NCBI GenBank assembly: GCA_022780025.1
Contig: JALEXS010000018.1
Coordinates: forward strand, 3,837-67,836
Length of the DNA: 64,000 nt
Origin: Mollicutes bacterium
Lineage (GTDB): Bacteria > Bacillota_I > Bacilli_A > RFN20 > CAG-826
Reading direction: 5' to 3'
Part shown: positions 60,034-64,000 of the stretch, piece after piece
How positions within the stretch are numbered: the stretch's first letter is position 1
Layout: every line of letters begins with the position of its first letter
Program-made: the position numbers and the translations under genes
Notes under the pieces: generated by a model
Told to the model about the DNA's origin: nothing
What the model saw: the letters and a program-made list of their open reading frames with translations, nothing else
The model's database searches: none

Positions 60034-60084
60034 ATGGCCTTATTTTAAATATGTTAATATTTACGCACAAAGGAGAACAAAAAA

Positions 60085-62079
60085 ATGAAAAGAAAAAGAA
60101 ATAACCTTGCTTTTGCTTTTGTTTTTATGTTAACACTTCCTGCAACATTAGTCTTTTCAAGTTGTGGAAAGCATAAACATAGTTTTAGTAAAGATTGGAC
60201 TACGACTGAAACAGAGCATTGGCACTCTTGTACAGGTAAAGATTGTGAAGAAAAGAAAGATTTAGGAAATCATGACTTTACTTGGTCTACTAAAACTGAA
60301 GCTGGTGTTCATATTGACAAAGTTGAAGCTGGTAAATGTAAAGTATGTAATTATGAAACTATTAGAACTATTAAAGGAACTGCTACTCATAGTTATGATA
60401 CTACTAAATGGGCATATGATGAAACTAGCCACTGGCACGGTTCTAATTGTAATGATTTAGCTCCAGCTCATGATGTAATGAAAATTGATGAAGCTAATCA
60501 TAGTGGCGATTGGACTACTAAAGTTGAACCTAATTATGGTGTTGATAAAGTAATCGAAAGAGATTGTGAAGTTTGTGGATATCATGAAGAAAAAACTTTA
60601 GAAGGAACTAGACTTGCTCCTAAAAATAGAGAGCTTACAGCTAATATTCCTGAATTAACTTATAACGGTGAGCCTCAACCAGTTGATCCTTATCTTACTA
60701 TGACTAATAACGAAGGTGGATTGACTGTTGAATATAGAAAAAAAGGTGATAATTTATTTACTAATAATGTCCCTACTAATGCTGGAACATATGAATATGT
60801 TGCTAAATTAAACGCAACTGATGAATGGTTAGAAGCTAGAACTTTTGGCGAATATACTATTAATAAGAAAACTATTTATATAAGTGATGGTCCTTATACT
60901 ATTAATTATGTTGAAAATCCTGCTAATAATGTTTTAGAACTTACAACCGGTACAATCGGTACAAATAATGTATCATTCTGTGTTGATGCTAAATATAATG
61001 TTGTTGGTAGAGCTAGTATACCTACAAGTGAAATCTTTATTCGCTTTGTTGGAACTATTAATTATAACGCAAATTATCAAGTAGCAATCGAAGGAAAAGA
61101 TAGTTTTGAATTAGTTGTTTTAGATACTTCTCCTTTCTATTGTGGTATTCAAGATGTATTATCAATTGGAGGTACTCCAATTATTACTACAAAGATTGCT
61201 AAAGGAACTGTTAAAGTTAATGATAAACTCTTTGTTAATGATATCCATAAAGAAATTACTGTTACAGCTATTGAAAAAAATAGAGTTAGTTTAACTTCTG
61301 CTACTGTTGGTGATGAAGTTGGCTTTAAAATTTCTGGAGTTACTAAAGATGAATTATCTCGTGGTTATGTTATTTCTACATTAAATACCGTTAAAAATTA
61401 TGATGTATTTAAAGCTAAAATCACTTTATTAACTAAAGCGGATGGTGGTAGACATACTCCAATAGCTAACGGATATAACCCAACATTAACTTTCCCAGAT
61501 ACTTTTGGACAATTTAGTGGTAAATTTACTTTCCCTGAAGGCCTTGAGATGATTATGCCTGGTACAACTGAGGAAAATATTACTATTACATTAGATATGC
61601 CAAAGCCTCTTATTCCTAATGCTAAATTTGATATTTATGAAGGTGGTACAACTATTGGAAGAGGTGAAATTACTACTTTACACGAACATAATGATTTATA
61701 TTTAAAAACTGGTGTATGTGAAGCATGTAATTTAAATAGACAAACTAAAGCTACATTTACAGATCTTAAATTCACTTCTACTAATAACATATATTATGCT
61801 AATGAATATAAATATTATTTAGTAAGTATGATTGCATCTCATATGGCAAATTATACTTATTACTACGATTTTGAAATAAGTGATACTACTAATTTTGAGT
61901 TTAATGTATTTGCAACTTCTGGTGGTGAATTAACATTAATTGATGGAAAATCATATAATGCGACAAAACCATTTACGGTAGTTATGAGAGTTAAAGCTAA
62001 ACAAGCTTCTACTACTGGTGATTGTACTGCAATAGTTACTAGAAGATCACTAAAAGTAATAACACCACCTAGATTGTAA
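60085..62079 (+). CDS. Lipoprotein with Cys/His repeats, an MBG-like domain and an EF-Tu domain II+III-like module
   Basis: AAAGGAGAA Shine-Dalgarno sequence. Signal peptide plus lipobox FSSC. Residues ~350-532 align by eye with EF-Tu domains II and III (ADGGRHTP, PEGLEMIMPG, YEGGTTIGRG). Confidence 0.75.
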   Translation: MKRKRNNLAFAFVFMLTLPATLVFSSCGKHKHSFSKDWTTTETEHWHSCTGKDCEEKKDLGNHDFTWSTKTEAGVHIDKVEAGKCKVCNYETIRTIKGTATHSYDTTKWAYDETSHWHGSNCNDLAPAHDVMKIDEANHSGDWTTKVEPNYGVDKVIERDCEVCGYHEEKTLEGTRLAPKNRELTANIPELTYNGEPQPVDPYLTMTNNEGGLTVEYRKKGDNLFTNNVPTNAGTYEYVAKLNATDEWLEARTFGEYTINKKTIYISDGPYTINYVENPANNVLELTTGTIGTNNVSFCVDAKYNVVGRASIPTSEIFIRFVGTINYNANYQVAIEGKDSFELVVLDTSPFYCGIQDVLSIGGTPIITTKIAKGTVKVNDKLFVNDIHKEITVTAIEKNRVSLTSATVGDEVGFKISGVTKDELSRGYVISTLNTVKNYDVFKAKITLLTKADGGRHTPIANGYNPTLTFPDTFGQFSGKFTFPEGLEMIMPGTTEENITITLDMPKPLIPNAKFDIYEGGTTIGRGEITTLHEHNDLYLKTGVCEACNLNRQTKATFTDLKFTSTNNIYYANEYKYYLVSMIASHMANYTYYYDFEISDTTNFEFNVFATSGGELTLIDGKSYNATKPFTVVMRVKAKQASTTGDCTAIVTRRSLKVITPPRL

Positions 62080-62116
62080 AAGTAATAACGCCTAAATAAT
62101 TATATATTCCTTCAAG

Positions 62117-62147
62117 AAAAATCTAAGGGTTAAACCTTAGATTTTTT
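62117..62147 (+). terminator. Rho-independent terminator
   Basis: 12-bp perfect stem AAAAATCTAAGG / CCTTAGATTTTT with loop GTTAAA, running into a T tract. It lies 38 nt after the stop codon. Confidence 0.7.
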
Positions 62148-62191
62148 ATTTATAGACAATTTTTTATTATTTATAATAAAAATTAAATATT

Positions 62192-62209
62192 AGTACCCTA
62201 CTGGGTACT
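62192..62209 (+). promoter_or_regulatory. Second copy of the AGTACCC-N4-GGGTACT palindrome
   Basis: Same arms as 60016-60033, followed by a conserved AAATATG(C/T)TAATATT..CACAAAGGAGAA leader. Confidence 0.5.
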
Positions 62210-62299
62210 AATAGATATTAATAAATATGCTAATATTAATCCACAAAGGAGAATAAAAATAAAAAAAGAAATAGTATTTTTGGTTTATTTTCTATTTTT

Positions 62300-64000
62300 A
62301 TGTTAGCTATTCCTATAACATTAGTAACTTCAAGTTGTAAGAAAAAGCATCAACATAATTATGAAGAAAATCGGACTATCACTGAAACGGAACATTATCA
62401 CAAATGTAGTGATACTAATTGTGATGATAAAAAAGATTTAGGGGAACATACCTATTCTAATTGGACTACTAAAACTGAAGCTGGAGTTGATACTAATAAA
62501 GTAGAAAAGAGAATTTGTACAGTATGTTCTAAAGAAGAAACTAGGATAATTGAAGATAGTGCTACTCATACTTGGGCTTATAAGTTTGATAATGAATCTC
62601 ATTGGGAAGAAACTACTTGTAATCATGATCCTCAATTAATTAGAAACGTCACTCCACATAGTTGGTATTACACTTCTAGCGGTGAAAATGGACATAAAAA
62701 ATATTCAACTTGCCCTACTTCTATTCATGAAGAAATAGTTATTGGACCTATTGCTCATACTTATGATGATGAATCTGATCCTACATGTAATGATTGTGGT
62801 TTTACAAGAACTATTACTAATTTAGGTTCATTTAAAGAAATTAGTGATAAAACATATAGTGGATATAATCAAGGTATTAAAGATTATGAATATGAAATTG
62901 ATGAAGCAATTCAATCTTATTCAGAAATTCAATATAAATCTATAGATGATCCTGAAGAATCTTATTCTACTACTGCTCCAATTGATGCTGGTACATATAA
63001 TGTAAGAATTTATTGTAATGGTAGCTTGACACATGGAAAAGGTGTAATTGCTACTTCTACTTATAAAATATTACCTTTTGAAGTAGATGTTAGTACTTAT
63101 TATGAAATCAAATATGATGAAGCAACATATAACGATTCTAATATTAATTTCTTACATTTAGAAACTATAGATATGTATGATGATGATTTCTATGGTAAGA
63201 CATTTAATTTAATAGCTAATGATCCTAAATATAAAGCTATAGGTAGATATGATATACCTAGAAGTGATTTATATTTAGATACTAATGGAGAAGATAATAA
63301 TTTTACAATATCTAATAGTATTACTAGTATTAAGGTATTAAATTATGATGATAGTGAACCTCAATTATTAATTCATAATGGTGCTAAGCAAACTGCTTAT
63401 ATGTATAGAGATATCTTAACTATTTATCATGTAGATTTAACAAGTGGAACTATAAGAGTTGGTGATTATTTATATTGTGATACTCTTGATGCACCTTTAT
63501 TAATTACTAGACTTTATAAAAATATGGATGTTCAAGCAATAACTAAAGGTGAAACTAAGTTTTCAGTTCAATTTAAGAATACTGTAGTAACAGAAGATAA
63601 TTTTGTTGGCAAATTAGAAATGAAAACTTTAAGAAAGGTCAGTTATGAAGTAGTAAAATATGCTGGTAATCCTTCTTTTGATTCTAAACCATTCACTTGT
63701 GAAGTAGGTGTAATTAGATTTATGGAAGTAAGTATTGAGTTAGAAGCTAATACTAAATATCGTTTCCAAGTTCAAACTATAGGAAGTTATGCCTATAGTC
63801 ATGTTGGAACTGATACACCAATTAAAGTGTATAACGTTACTGGTAAAACTTTATTAACAATGGATTCAGAGATTCACAATAAATTTTATATAGAAAATAA
63901 TACTAATGAAAAAGTAACTGTTACATTAGTTGTTGGTGCTACTAAAGTAGGTACAGATCCTAAACCAGCAGTTCATAACTTCGTATTATATGTTATTAAC
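62300..64000 (+). CDS. Paralogous Cys/His-repeat lipoprotein (partial, runs off the right edge; 5' end anomalous)
   Basis: The frame is open from 62240 to the window end and is absent from the ORF track. The translation ...KKRNSIFGLFSIFMLAIPITLVTSSCKKKHQH... parallels gene 1. The first in-frame ATG is at 62300. The position equivalent to the gene-1 ATG is not a start codon. Confidence 0.6.
   Translation, partial: MLAIPITLVTSSCKKKHQHNYEENRTITETEHYHKCSDTNCDDKKDLGEHTYSNWTTKTEAGVDTNKVEKRICTVCSKEETRIIEDSATHTWAYKFDNESHWEETTCNHDPQLIRNVTPHSWYYTSSGENGHKKYSTCPTSIHEEIVIGPIAHTYDDESDPTCNDCGFTRTITNLGSFKEISDKTYSGYNQGIKDYEYEIDEAIQSYSEIQYKSIDDPEESYSTTAPIDAGTYNVRIYCNGSLTHGKGVIATSTYKILPFEVDVSTYYEIKYDEATYNDSNINFLHLETIDMYDDDFYGKTFNLIANDPKYKAIGRYDIPRSDLYLDTNGEDNNFTISNSITSIKVLNYDDSEPQLLIHNGAKQTAYMYRDILTIYHVDLTSGTIRVGDYLYCDTLDAPLLITRLYKNMDVQAITKGETKFSVQFKNTVVTEDNFVGKLEMKTLRKVSYEVVKYAGNPSFDSKPFTCEVGVIRFMEVSIELEANTKYRFQVQTIGSYAYSHVGTDTPIKVYNVTGKTLLTMDSEIHNKFYIENNTNEKVTVTLVVGATKVGTDPKPAVHNFVLYVIN

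Noticed and set aside
59766-60084. The divergent strand switch (a long minus-strand block, then plus-strand genes) as a possible replication origin. The sequence TTAATCCACA near 62236 was also considered as a DnaA-box-like element.
   Set aside because: There is no dnaA/dnaN, and I could see no cluster of TTATCCACA boxes. Only two plus-strand genes follow. The CCACA sequence is part of the conserved leader shared by the two lipoprotein genes.
1-64000. Mycoplasma-type genetic code (TGA = Trp).
   Set aside because: Standard-code ORFs tile the window with gaps of a few nucleotides. Conserved motifs are uninterrupted, and the Trp codons I checked are TGG. No recoding is needed.
1-64000. Mobile elements, prophage, CRISPR arrays, defence systems, and tRNA or rRNA genes.
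   Set aside because: I recognised no transposase, integrase, recombinase, Cas or restriction-modification motifs. There are no spacer-repeat arrays and no cloverleaf-like GC-rich segments. The only repeats are the 99-bp pair at 902/1586 and the paralogous genes.

Overview
This is a very AT-rich chromosomal segment from a low-GC Bacillota/Mycoplasmatota-like bacterium. It uses the standard genetic code: long ORFs stay intact with TGA as a stop, and Trp is TGG. Bases 142-59765 are almost entirely a tightly packed minus-strand array of four ABC-importer-centred glycan utilisation loci. I saw no rRNA, tRNA, CRISPR array, transposase or integrase.

Locus A (1674-15676) holds a LacI regulator, an MsmK-like ATPase, two permeases, a large binding lipoprotein, a nucleoside hydrolase, a ribokinase, two paralogous beta-propeller-like lipoproteins and an 844-aa repeat protein.

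Locus B (15829-22344) holds two CE2-like esterases, a phosphodiester glycosidase-like lipoprotein and a membrane-anchored GDPD phosphodiesterase.

Locus C (23426-46773) holds GH36, GH31 and GH20-like enzymes, NanE, a ROK kinase, DUF4127, an SGNH esterase, an ABC importer and three paralogous unknown lipoproteins. A perfect cre site sits in its promoter.

Locus D (47093-59765) holds an AraC regulator, an ABC importer, a DUF2961/GH172-like enzyme and two DUF4185/GH183-like enzymes, one of them fused to a PASTA domain. It also has a CBM-rich surface protein, a CBS-less arabinose-5-phosphate isomerase, a ribokinase-like kinase and MsmK.

There are two standout observations. First, locus D looks like a D-arabinofuranan (actinobacterial cell-wall arabinan) utilisation operon with a possible new kinase-plus-API catabolic branch. 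Second, two tandem plus-strand lipoprotein genes lie at 60085-64000. The first carries an unmistakable EF-Tu domain II+III module with no GTPase domain, behind a lipoprotein signal and Cys/His repeats. Both genes are preceded by a conserved GC-rich palindrome. The second lacks a canonical start codon next to a poly-A tract.

All family calls come from motif recognition by eye and need HMM or structure confirmation.
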